Source: Agathobacter sp. | GTDB lineage: Bacteria > Bacillota > Clostridia > Lachnospirales > Lachnospiraceae | Reading direction: 5' to 3' | DNA: 64,000 nucleotides | Assembly: GCA_017481285.1 (NCBI GenBank) | Contig: JAFUPI010000003.1 | Span: 6,189-70,188 of the forward strand | Shown: piece after piece, positions 9,812 to 18,629 of the stretch | How positions within the stretch are numbered: the first letter of the stretch is position 1 | How the letters are laid out: every line of letters begins with the position of its first letter | The notes under the pieces: model-generated | Seen by the model: only the letters and a program-made list of their open reading frames with translations | Database searches by the model: none | Told to the model about the DNA's origin: nothing | Position numbers and translations under genes: made by a program

Positions 9812-10240
9812 ATGTTGATGCCAGCATATAATATTAATTATGTAGATGATATATCGGACTTACAAGAGACATTATTTCAAGAAATAACAAGATATAAATA
9901 TGAGATTGATTATGAAAAATTTGTAGAAGGTTATATGGAATGTAAGTACAGGCAATTGTTAGATAAAGGAAATGCAAGAATTGCTAATATGACGTGGGAT
10001 GAATTACTAAGTTATATAGAGAGGGATTGTAAAGGCATTATAGTTAAAGGTGATACTAATATTGACAGACTTCAGTCTGGATGGATAGGGAGAATGTATT
10101 CTTTATTACAATACAAGAAAAATATTACATCAGATGTATTATATGATAGATTACCATTAGAAAAGATGAAAACATTATTTGTTCCTTTGCATACAGTTGC
10201 AGAAGATGTAGCATTAGACAAAATAGAAAAAATATTATAA
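9812..10240 (+). CDS. Partner of DUF3990 protein (putative antitoxin, DUF3791-like)
   Basis: 142 aa, tightly coupled; WIGRMYS and PLHT motifs seen in DUF3990 neighbours. Confidence 0.55.
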   Translation: MLMPAYNINYVDDISDLQETLFQEITRYKYEIDYEKFVEGYMECKYRQLLDKGNARIANMTWDELLSYIERDCKGIIVKGDTNIDRLQSGWIGRMYSLLQYKKNITSDVLYDRLPLEKMKTLFVPLHTVAEDVALDKIEKIL

Positions 10241-10344
10241 TTGTTAAGGACCCACCCCACAAGGTGAGGTCCTTTTTCTATGCCTTCCACTAATAAAATT
10301 TAAAAATTTTCAATTTTTAAAAAGAAATTAAGGAGGCAATCAAG

Positions 10345-13300
10345 ATGCAAACAAATAGCAATTCACAGATACGAATAAAGCCAATGCAGTTTATACTAGC
10401 AATATTGCTAACCATACTAGCATTAAATTTATTTAATCCAATCACTGCCTACGCCGACTACGACCAAAACGGAAAAACCGGCTCAGGCGATGCAGGTGAA
10501 GATGGTAAGCACTATATGAATGGTGTAACTGAGAACGGAACAACACCATCACTATCATTTTTATACTGGGCAGGCGACACCAGTCGTTCAGGCTACATCA
10601 TGTACATCGTAGACACAGTTAAGGATGAAATACAGTCAGCGAGTCAATTAGGCATAGGTAAGGATACAAGTAAACTCGGTATATTGATGTACCCAGAAAG
10701 CTATAGAAGTTGGAATAGATACATAACAGATGAAGTATATTACACTCACTATGGCAAGATTGAAAATGCCATAGACTCTACGATTGTGGTAGGAGAAAGC
10801 ACAAGTACGAGTCCAATACCTAACCCAGTTAGATATGTAGGCAACAGATGGCAAGGAAACACTGAAAAACTCAATGAGTATCTGTTCGATAAAGTAAGTG
10901 GCAGCTTCTATAGATGGCAGCTTTTATTTATTAGAGCAATTCGTGGAGTTGGTGTAAATTACAATGAAGCACTTGATGCCATGAATAGCATAGTTGATAA
11001 TGATAGATATGCAATCATTATAGAACCAATAGGGGCTCAAGCAGTTTACGGAGATGAATGGTGGAGCCTAGAAAAATGTGCTGGATACACAAAAGTAAAC
11101 AATGTAAAGGATTCAAATGGTAATTTTGTAGACGCTTATCAGTTCAGTAGCACAGGATTAGATTCAAAATATTACTTTAGACCTAATAGCGGAACAAAAA
11201 AGCCAGTTATAGATGATAAAGGAAGAATAGTAAGAACACTAACAACAGGCATTTACGCAGCAGAATTTGCATATCAACTTTCCGGAAAACATTATGAAAA
11301 ATCACCGGGAAATCCAACATGGTTACATGAGGCATTACCTTACTCAATGACTCTTGACGAAGATTTTGATGATATTAAGGCTATTACAGATGGTTCACAT
11401 CAAGTTGATAAAAATACTGTTTTTGATAGTTCTAAGACTAAACAAACGAATGGATACGCAATGGTGGTGTTTACAAAGATAAATCCATATATAAATACAT
11501 ATGATGTGGACACTAATCCAAAAGAGCCAGCACCATCACAAAAACCGAGTGAGGCTGAAGGAACAGATGGTAGATGTACGATAGTTAAATTGTATTATGA
11601 TACCCACATTGATTTAGTGCTTAATAAAAAGACAACCACATTTAAAGACAAGTTCGAAACCATTGGTTCCACAGGGTACATACAGTTGACACCAGAAGAA
11701 AGCATAAATGGATATGCTATAGACGGATATTTCTTGACTGAGAGCAGTATAAATAATTTTGAAGAGAGATATAAGAATTATGGTGAGATGATTGGAGCAT
11801 TGTATGCAGTTACAGGACAATCTCGTGGTATGAATATACATACAGCACTTAAATTTAGTATAGATAACGAGCAGTCACCTGACATAGGTAAAAATAAATA
11901 CATATATATTATTTATAATAAGGCAACTAAATCAGAAGAACCTGATATAAAGGATTATGATTTTGAAATACCAGAGTCATACATCACCAAGCAAGTATTT
12001 TTCAGTCAAGCCAATCTAACAAACAATACATTAAACAGTGGTAAATCAGCATACAAGATGGCACTAACGAGTCTAGATTGGGTATCTGAAAAATTCAAAT
12101 GTCCGGGACATGAAGTGTTCATAACTTGTGATAAAGGGTATCATCCACAGCATGTATATGATAGAGGTTCAGAAATTAATCAATATTTAGGATATGATTG
12201 TCTTGTGCAGCTCTATATGTACAATTGTGATGGAGATGATAAATGGGATGACTATAAGCCATGCGACAAAAAAGAGCATATACATGGTAGTAAATGTTTT
12301 GCAGAAACCATTGGTGTAGGATGTAAATTCTGTTATGCATTTGACGAAGAGCCAGATGCTCAAGGTAAATACGAAATAACACATAAATCTAGTTGTCATG
12401 TAACCCAAGGTACAAATAAATCTAGTGGCACATTAACACAGTTAACTGGTGGAGCCAATAGCTATTATGTACCAATATACGAGTATAAAAACCCATATTA
12501 CTTATATAAATGTCCAGTACCAAGCTGTTCTGCACCAATAAGTTATACAGAAACAAAAAAAGAATCATTTATGCTACTAAGTGCAGATAAAGACTTAAAT
12601 GATGATGACGGAAACGGTGGAGGCAATAATAATTCAGGTATATATGTATGGACTTATTCACTAGAAAAATTAGAGTTGTTAATGGCAGCACATAAGGAAG
12701 AGGTTTCACATCGTTCAAGTTATTTATATGAACAGCATGAAAATACAATTCAATTTGTATTTGAAGGTATAAAGTGCTTAGATGAAGCTCATAAACATGC
12801 TATAAGTCAAACTCCATTTCCTAGAATGCCTGAGGGCGGATGTCCAATACCATTACACAACTGTCTAACAGACGGCTGTATAGGAAAGACCAAAACAGTG
12901 TATTGTAAACCTACATTAACTGATGGAAGGGTTCAATTTGAAATAAAAAACACGCTACAAGGAAATAATCCAAGTATACAAGCAAATGTTGGAAAGGCAT
13001 TTAATGCAAAAGACAGCTTAGAGGTAAATCAGAAAGCGCTATCATTTATAACAAGTTCATTTGCATTTGTACCTTATGATAGGACAACTACTTCGTCTGA
13101 TAATACCAATAATAAATCAGTTAAATTTGATTACTCAACAATCCTTTTAAGGGGAGATGATAAAATAAAACTAGCCAAGTGGTTAAAGGATTCATCAGAT
13201 TCATCAATTGCAACACTTCAGACAAATGCAATTAATACTTTAACGAACACACTAACCAACCAATTTTATGTTGGAAATACACCACAGGGGGATAGAAAGT

Positions 13301-13806
13301 TAGCAGCTTATGAAAATTCATTCTCAGCTAAATTTGAAAGTAATGCAACAAATAGCCAACTTAGTACAACAGTAAAATTTGATAGAGACTCAGATTATGC
13401 AAGTTCATGGCTGATTGGAAGTAAGAAACTGTTTAGTATAGGAGGAAAAGATGTAGAGATACCATGGTTGAAGCCATATAGCGACATAGACTGTGACAAC
13501 CAATCCCGCACATACACACTCCAAACCCCATATGAAATCCCCTCCATCAAAGTCAAAGTCAATGTCTTCAGCGACTACACCAACCAAAACCCAGGCACCC
13601 CAATCCACGGCGACACCACAATATCATTCTACCCATATGTAAGAATGTATTACGACACCCCAACCCTCAAGAACCAATCAGCCCTCGTACTTGGTGAAAC
13701 CCAGCGCCACTTCCAAGCCCATGACGGAGCCGACATCACCTTCACCAACGGCACCGGCCAATTAACCCTCACCACAAGCCAGTGGTATCTGGCAAAGATG
13801 ATTTAA
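10345..13806 (+). CDS. Large secreted protein with central Cys/His-rich region, possibly C-terminally truncated
   Basis: 1153 aa; signal peptide ending TAYA; many Cys/His in the middle third; abrupt C-rich 3' end. Confidence 0.7.
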   Translation: MQTNSNSQIRIKPMQFILAILLTILALNLFNPITAYADYDQNGKTGSGDAGEDGKHYMNGVTENGTTPSLSFLYWAGDTSRSGYIMYIVDTVKDEIQSASQLGIGKDTSKLGILMYPESYRSWNRYITDEVYYTHYGKIENAIDSTIVVGESTSTSPIPNPVRYVGNRWQGNTEKLNEYLFDKVSGSFYRWQLLFIRAIRGVGVNYNEALDAMNSIVDNDRYAIIIEPIGAQAVYGDEWWSLEKCAGYTKVNNVKDSNGNFVDAYQFSSTGLDSKYYFRPNSGTKKPVIDDKGRIVRTLTTGIYAAEFAYQLSGKHYEKSPGNPTWLHEALPYSMTLDEDFDDIKAITDGSHQVDKNTVFDSSKTKQTNGYAMVVFTKINPYINTYDVDTNPKEPAPSQKPSEAEGTDGRCTIVKLYYDTHIDLVLNKKTTTFKDKFETIGSTGYIQLTPEESINGYAIDGYFLTESSINNFEERYKNYGEMIGALYAVTGQSRGMNIHTALKFSIDNEQSPDIGKNKYIYIIYNKATKSEEPDIKDYDFEIPESYITKQVFFSQANLTNNTLNSGKSAYKMALTSLDWVSEKFKCPGHEVFITCDKGYHPQHVYDRGSEINQYLGYDCLVQLYMYNCDGDDKWDDYKPCDKKEHIHGSKCFAETIGVGCKFCYAFDEEPDAQGKYEITHKSSCHVTQGTNKSSGTLTQLTGGANSYYVPIYEYKNPYYLYKCPVPSCSAPISYTETKKESFMLLSADKDLNDDDGNGGGNNNSGIYVWTYSLEKLELLMAAHKEEVSHRSSYLYEQHENTIQFVFEGIKCLDEAHKHAISQTPFPRMPEGGCPIPLHNCLTDGCIGKTKTVYCKPTLTDGRVQFEIKNTLQGNNPSIQANVGKAFNAKDSLEVNQKALSFITSSFAFVPYDRTTTSSDNTNNKSVKFDYSTILLRGDDKIKLAKWLKDSSDSSIATLQTNAINTLTNTLTNQFYVGNTPQGDRKLAAYENSFSAKFESNATNSQLSTTVKFDRDSDYASSWLIGSKKLFSIGGKDVEIPWLKPYSDIDCDNQSRTYTLQTPYEIPSIKVKVNVFSDYTNQNPGTPIHGDTTISFYPYVRMYYDTPTLKNQSALVLGETQRHFQAHDGADITFTNGTGQLTLTTSQWYLAKMI

Positions 13807-14107
13807 CATACACCACATCATACACATCTCAATACACCTTAAAGGTGTTTATTTTTTTGCTCATTTTTATATCAAACAACATTGAAATTGTCTTCTTAAA
13901 CATATTATTAAATAATCAAGAAAAAGTGCACAAAGCACTCGTCTACAATCACTTCAATACTCATTGAAAAACACGCAAACAACATTACAAAATAATTAAT
14001 TAACCCAATTTTTATGGCAACCAAATGGCAGTATAACCTTGTTTATTCTGTACATCGACAGACCGTGCAACCTGTGTTAAGATGCCATTACAAGGAGGGA
14101 AAAAGTA

Positions 14108-15067
14108 ATGGCAGCAACTTACATAGCCAATGGCTATAAACTAAAAATTAGTCGGCATCGTACGCATATCACTACTTATGAGGATATGAGACTTCAAACG
14201 ACTGCACCCCTAAAAAAGGACAAGCCGAAGAAAATCAAACCATCAATCCCCAGCAACTATGCGGACTGTAATTACTATGCTAGAAAAAGAAACAGACGCA
14301 GAGTAGTAAAAGAAATCATATACAACAATTTCGCCCTACCTAATGTTGTAATGATTACTCTTACATTCGACCAGAAGAAAGCCCAACAAAACCAATCTTA
14401 CACAGACCTATCTTATACACACTATGAATTCAAGAAGTTCATACAGAGAGTGGAGAGCCACTACGATGATTTTCGTTATATAGCAACATTTAACAGACAA
14501 TCAAGCGGCAACTGGCACTATCACTTATTCTGTAACTTCCCACCAAATACCCCCAATAAAACAATTACACACCTATGGAGAAATGGAATCACCTACATTA
14601 CCTATATCAAAACCCAAGCTGATTACCAACAATGTATGGACTATCTCATACAGAATATGAATCAAGCGGCAAACGAATTAAAAGGTAAGCGTGGTTACTT
14701 AGCACCAAAGGACATTGAACGCGACAAAGTCATAAATTCCTGGAATGATAAACACACAGAAGAATTTAATGAAGCATTTGAACGAATAGAAAATGCACCT
14801 AGAACAATACTCTATGAGACGCGAAATCACCTAGGAGTAAAAGGAAAAAGTGTAGATGAAACCACGGGTGAAATATTCGACTTTCATATTGAGGATAGAG
14901 AACTAACACCCACACTAGAGCAAGCAGGATATGAAAGTTGGGACACTATCTATACGCATCTAACATCATCAGCAGACTTTTCAGATTTATTCTCAGAACT
15001 CAAGCCTGCAACACCAAAACAGAAGAAATGGAAACATCATCATAAAAATGTGCATCCAATAGAATAA
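14108..15067 (+). CDS. HUH-superfamily rolling-circle Rep-like endonuclease
   Basis: Motif I MITLTF, motif II GNWHYHLF, candidate motif III MDYLIQN; AGGAGG RBS. Confidence 0.75.
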   Translation: MAATYIANGYKLKISRHRTHITTYEDMRLQTTAPLKKDKPKKIKPSIPSNYADCNYYARKRNRRRVVKEIIYNNFALPNVVMITLTFDQKKAQQNQSYTDLSYTHYEFKKFIQRVESHYDDFRYIATFNRQSSGNWHYHLFCNFPPNTPNKTITHLWRNGITYITYIKTQADYQQCMDYLIQNMNQAANELKGKRGYLAPKDIERDKVINSWNDKHTEEFNEAFERIENAPRTILYETRNHLGVKGKSVDETTGEIFDFHIEDRELTPTLEQAGYESWDTIYTHLTSSADFSDLFSELKPATPKQKKWKHHHKNVHPIE

Positions 15068-15135
15068 GTGTTAAATTTTAAAAATTAAGTTTTACAGTAG
15101 CATGAAGCGCCATAAGTTTCTAGGAGGTCATCAAT

Positions 15136-15330
15136 ATGCAAATTAGATTTAGAAGTATTAGAGAAGATAACATAATAGGTTTATTAATGATTACACCAGA
15201 TGGCTTCGAAAGAGTTGTAGTACAAGTAATGGTTCCCAGAGACAAAGACTGGCGAGCAGACGTGGAGCTATATGACGACCTAGTCAAAATCTACAAGCGT
15301 CGCTTACAAAAGATGTTTACCCATGGGTAA
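15136..15330 (+). CDS. Small hypothetical protein
   Basis: 64 aa, AGGAGG RBS, followed by terminator. Confidence 0.65.
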   Translation: MQIRFRSIREDNIIGLLMITPDGFERVVVQVMVPRDKDWRADVELYDDLVKIYKRRLQKMFTHG

Positions 15331-15360
15331 AACCAATCTTCATAAATCTTATACATTGTC

Positions 15361-15406
15361 AGAAAAAAGCAGTAGCCAACAAATTCAAAGGCTGCTGCTT
15401 TTTTCT
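15361..15406 (+). terminator. Terminator (probably bidirectional)
   Basis: AGAAAAAAGCAGTAGCC/GGCTGCTGCTTTTTTCT. Confidence 0.7.
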
Positions 15407-15464
15407 TGTCTACCTATCAATTCCAAATTTCCCAGACATTCCAAGGACTAGTGAGAAAATGATT

Positions 15465-15547
15465 TTTTGTATTGAAAATATATCAATTAAGGGGTTAAAT
15501 TTTTGTATTGAAATATTGATTTTTAAATATACAAATTTTGTATTGAA
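15465..15547 (+). repeat. Three spaced direct repeats TTTTGTATTGAA
   Basis: Copies at 15465, 15501 and 15536. Confidence 0.6.
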
Positions 15548-16022
15548 TTTTGTTGATTCAAAAAATACAACAAAAGGTAATTTGTTTATTTTAGGGCGAA
15601 ATCGACTTGTTTTGAATATAAAAATAGCAATTTCAGAAAATGAAAGTGTTTAATGAAAAATAGTTGGTTTTGCAACCAATTCACAAATCATAAAAATTTC
15701 AGCACCAAGTCCATAAATTCTAAGAATAACCAAAGAGAACACCCAAACAATTCCACATAAATTAAAAATCAAAGAGACATCACCTATCCCCAAGGAATTC
15801 AATTTTATTCTCATACATCATTATCTACAATCATCACATCATTATCTAAAAATCAAACAACAGTCCAAACATCAAACATCATTCCCCCACCATTTAACGT
15901 GTTTTCAAAAAGTATCTACATCATTAGAAAAATCATATACTCATTGTACTAAACCATACCAGACCATGTGCTTTAGACATTCTTGGAAAAAAGTCATCAC
16001 TTAAAAACAAGGAGGATGACAA

Positions 16023-16373
16023 ATGCTTTACAACACTAAAGCGCTAAAGCACGCAGGCACAACAGTTTCTGAATACAACAGCACAGAAACGAATAAGATT
16101 ACAACAACTAATAAGCAAGAGCAGGTAGGTATGGAGGATAACATAATCACTTGCACAGAAAACTTAGTGGAGTTTACTGCACCATACAAAAGTAAAGAGG
16201 TAACAGTACACCTAGAGTTTCCAGAGCAACAGAACGAAGAGGCTGTCTTAGACTTTTTCGGTAGATTAAAAGAAATTTACCTGAAAAAAATTGAAATTCA
16301 GTCTATGCAGAGAGAAAACCCTGCGTTACAATGCAACACCACAAGAGAAGAGGAGGATAAACCAAATGGCTAA
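16023..16373 (+). CDS. Small protein overlapping recombinase start (candidate directionality factor)
   Basis: AGGAGG RBS before 16023, alternative start 16131; stop overlaps recombinase ATG. Confidence 0.6.
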   Translation: MLYNTKALKHAGTTVSEYNSTETNKITTTNKQEQVGMEDNIITCTENLVEFTAPYKSKEVTVHLEFPEQQNEEAVLDFFGRLKEIYLKKIEIQSMQRENPALQCNTTREEEDKPNG

Positions 16374-18039
16374 AAGAGTAAGGACATTACTTAGGGTATC
16401 ATCAAAGCAGCAGTTGCATGATGATGATATTCCATTACAGAGAGCTGAGGCTCAAAGATACATAGCAACTCATAAGGACTGGGTATTTGATAAGGAGTAC
16501 TTAGAGGGAGCAATATCTGCATATAAGAATGGGATAGATGACAGAGATATCTTACAAGAAATCTTAGAAGATGCAAAGAATGACGAATTTGATGTGCTTC
16601 TAGCTTATATGTCAGATAGAATTGGTCGTCAGGAAGAATATGCTTTCTATGTAGCAACACTAAATAGACTTGGTGTAGAAGTTTGGACAATCAATGACGG
16701 AGAATTAAAAACAGAAGACCATGTAGACAAACTAATCACATATATCAAGTTTTGGCAGAATGAAGGAGAGAGTAAGAAAACTTCTAAACGTGTGCATGAT
16801 GCTCGTGTAGAAAGTGTAAGAGAGGGCAAGTTTATTGGTGGTAAAGCCCCTTATGGCTACAAATCAGTCGATTCAGGTATTCTTAGTAATAAAGGAAGGA
16901 TGCTAAAGAAACTTGTTATAGTAGAGGAACATGCTGAGGTAGTTCGTAAAATATACAGTTTAGCAATTCATCAAGGCTATGGTTATGAAAAGATTGCAAA
17001 GTATCTGAATAAAGAGGGCATACCTGCACCATCACTACCACAATGGAAAGGTGGAACAGTAGCAAGTATCCTAAAGAATCCAACTTATATGGGATATTAT
17101 TCTATCAATAGAAGAAAAACAATCTACACAAAAAAGAAACTTGATAGAAGTGAGTGGACATTATCTAAAAAACAAATTCCAGAGATAGTGATTATAAGCG
17201 AGCAGGATTGGGAACGAGCACAGCTTATTAGAGAGGCTCGTAAGAATAGGATACAGGCATCAAAGGATAAGTCATTTCAGGCATTTGAAGAACAATATAA
17301 TACACCATTTAGTACAAGTGGCAAGTTAGCATTAATAGGATTTACCTATTGTGGATATTGCGGCAAACGACTAAAGAACTCAGGCTATTTGAATAGATGG
17401 GAGACAAAAGAAGGAGAGAAGAAGGTATCATATGCTGGCAGATATTCCTGTCCTTCAAAATGTAAGGAACGTGGAAGTTATACTCAAGATTACTTAGAGC
17501 CTATTGTGTTTAGCATTGTAGAAGAATACATGGAAAACTTAAAAGCAGTGGATATTTCAGAAGAAATCAAAACAATGCAACGACAGCTTACAGCAGGCAC
17601 AGATAAGCAACTGAAAAACATAGAAAAAGAGATTCAAAAGCTTAGAGAAGATATAGCAACACTAGAGGATAAGATACCAGAGGCAATCCGAGGAGATTAC
17701 TATTTCAGTGTAGAAAAGTTATCTGCAATGATTCAAGAGAAAGAACAGAAAATTGTTAAACTGACAGAGCAGGAAAAACAGATACATCAGAAAGTGGCTC
17801 AAAATCAATTTGCTAGCAATGACTTGGAGAAGTTTATCTCAATAATTCCAAATTGGAAGGAAGAATTTCAAGATGCAGACATAGCAACTAAGAAGATGCT
17901 GCTTTCATCCTTAATAGATAGAATCGAAGTGAAAGATATGGATATTAGAATAAAATTCAAGATTCGTCTGGAAGATTTCTTGGATTTTACTAGTGAAGAC
18001 GTATTACCGAAAACTATGCACAATGACGTACAGGGGTAA
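16366..18039 (+). CDS. Large serine recombinase (integrase)
   Basis: RVSS catalytic motif, DRIGR, GGKAPYGY, ILKNPTYMG, CGYCG zinc ribbon, coiled coil, LIDRIEV; ATG at 16366 after GGAGG. Confidence 0.95.
   Translation: MAKRVRTLLRVSSKQQLHDDDIPLQRAEAQRYIATHKDWVFDKEYLEGAISAYKNGIDDRDILQEILEDAKNDEFDVLLAYMSDRIGRQEEYAFYVATLNRLGVEVWTINDGELKTEDHVDKLITYIKFWQNEGESKKTSKRVHDARVESVREGKFIGGKAPYGYKSVDSGILSNKGRMLKKLVIVEEHAEVVRKIYSLAIHQGYGYEKIAKYLNKEGIPAPSLPQWKGGTVASILKNPTYMGYYSINRRKTIYTKKKLDRSEWTLSKKQIPEIVIISEQDWERAQLIREARKNRIQASKDKSFQAFEEQYNTPFSTSGKLALIGFTYCGYCGKRLKNSGYLNRWETKEGEKKVSYAGRYSCPSKCKERGSYTQDYLEPIVFSIVEEYMENLKAVDISEEIKTMQRQLTAGTDKQLKNIEKEIQKLREDIATLEDKIPEAIRGDYYFSVEKLSAMIQEKEQKIVKLTEQEKQIHQKVAQNQFASNDLEKFISIIPNWKEEFQDADIATKKMLLSSLIDRIEVKDMDIRIKFKIRLEDFLDFTSEDVLPKTMHNDVQG
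18028..18036 (+). repeat. Right att core repeat
   Basis: GTACAGGGG; lies in the last codons of the recombinase. Confidence 0.9.
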
Positions 18040-18613
18040 GGGGTATAATTTTACCATCACCTCCTCGACTGCCTATGACCACAAATTTATTCCAGGCCGC
18101 AATTATTATCAGAGTATCTCCAGAATCGTAGATGAACAGTTTGAAAACTATTTATCCAGACCTGGTATTACCCAGCCGATTTTGACCCAGTACTGTGATG
18201 GTGACAGGGTTTCCTGTCCGAACTGGATGACCCAATGGGGCAGCAAATATCTGGGCGACCAGGGCTATTCTGCGATTGAGATTTTACGATATTTTTATGG
18301 CAGCAATATGTTTATCAATGTGGCAGAAGGGATTTCGGGAATTCCAGCCTCTTGGCCAGGGTATAATTTAGGTTTGGGTGCAACTGGAGATAAGGTTAGA
18401 CAGATGCAACAGCAGTTGGCAAGAATTTCTAGGAGTTATCCAGCCATCCCTACTATTCAGGCAGATGGCGTATATGGTCCATCGACAAGGGAAGCGGTAG
18501 AGGTGTTCCAATCTGTATTTGGCTTGCCAGTGACAGGGGTTGTAGATTATAATACTTGGTATGAGATTTCTGCGATTTATGTGGCAGTGACACGTATTGC
18601 AGAGTTAATGTGA
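18037..18613 (+). CDS. sleC: SleC-like enzyme, 3' half with peptidoglycan-binding domain
   Basis: GKGYNFTITSSTAYDHKF, LTQYCDG, MTQWGSKYLG, ADGVYGPSTREAVEVFQSVFGLPVTGVVD. Confidence 0.85.
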
Positions 18614-18629
18614 TAAAGGAAAAGAAAAC

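Larger units (their letters stand above)
3917..18036. mobile_element. 14.1-kb serine-recombinase integrative element inside sleC-like gene (skin-like gene-intervening element)
   Basis: Direct repeat GTACAGGGG at 3908-3916 and 18028-18036; recombinase at the right end; removing one repeat plus interior fuses the two sleC halves in frame; A-rich composition. Confidence 0.92.

Noticed and set aside
13495-13806. Diversity-generating retroelement variable region
   Set aside because: No reverse transcriptase or template repeat in the window; the bias is C-enrichment at synonymous sites.
15933-15962. Sigma-E-like promoter for the recombinase operon (TCATA…CATACCAG)
   Set aside because: The conserved final T of the -10 element is absent; too weak in AT-rich DNA.
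17935-17994. Possible fourth att unit upstream of U1
   Set aside because: Only the end (TGGATTTTACTAGT) resembles U3; the AAACTAT left arm is missing.
3917-18036. Prophage
   Set aside because: No terminase, capsid, tail or lysis genes recognisable.
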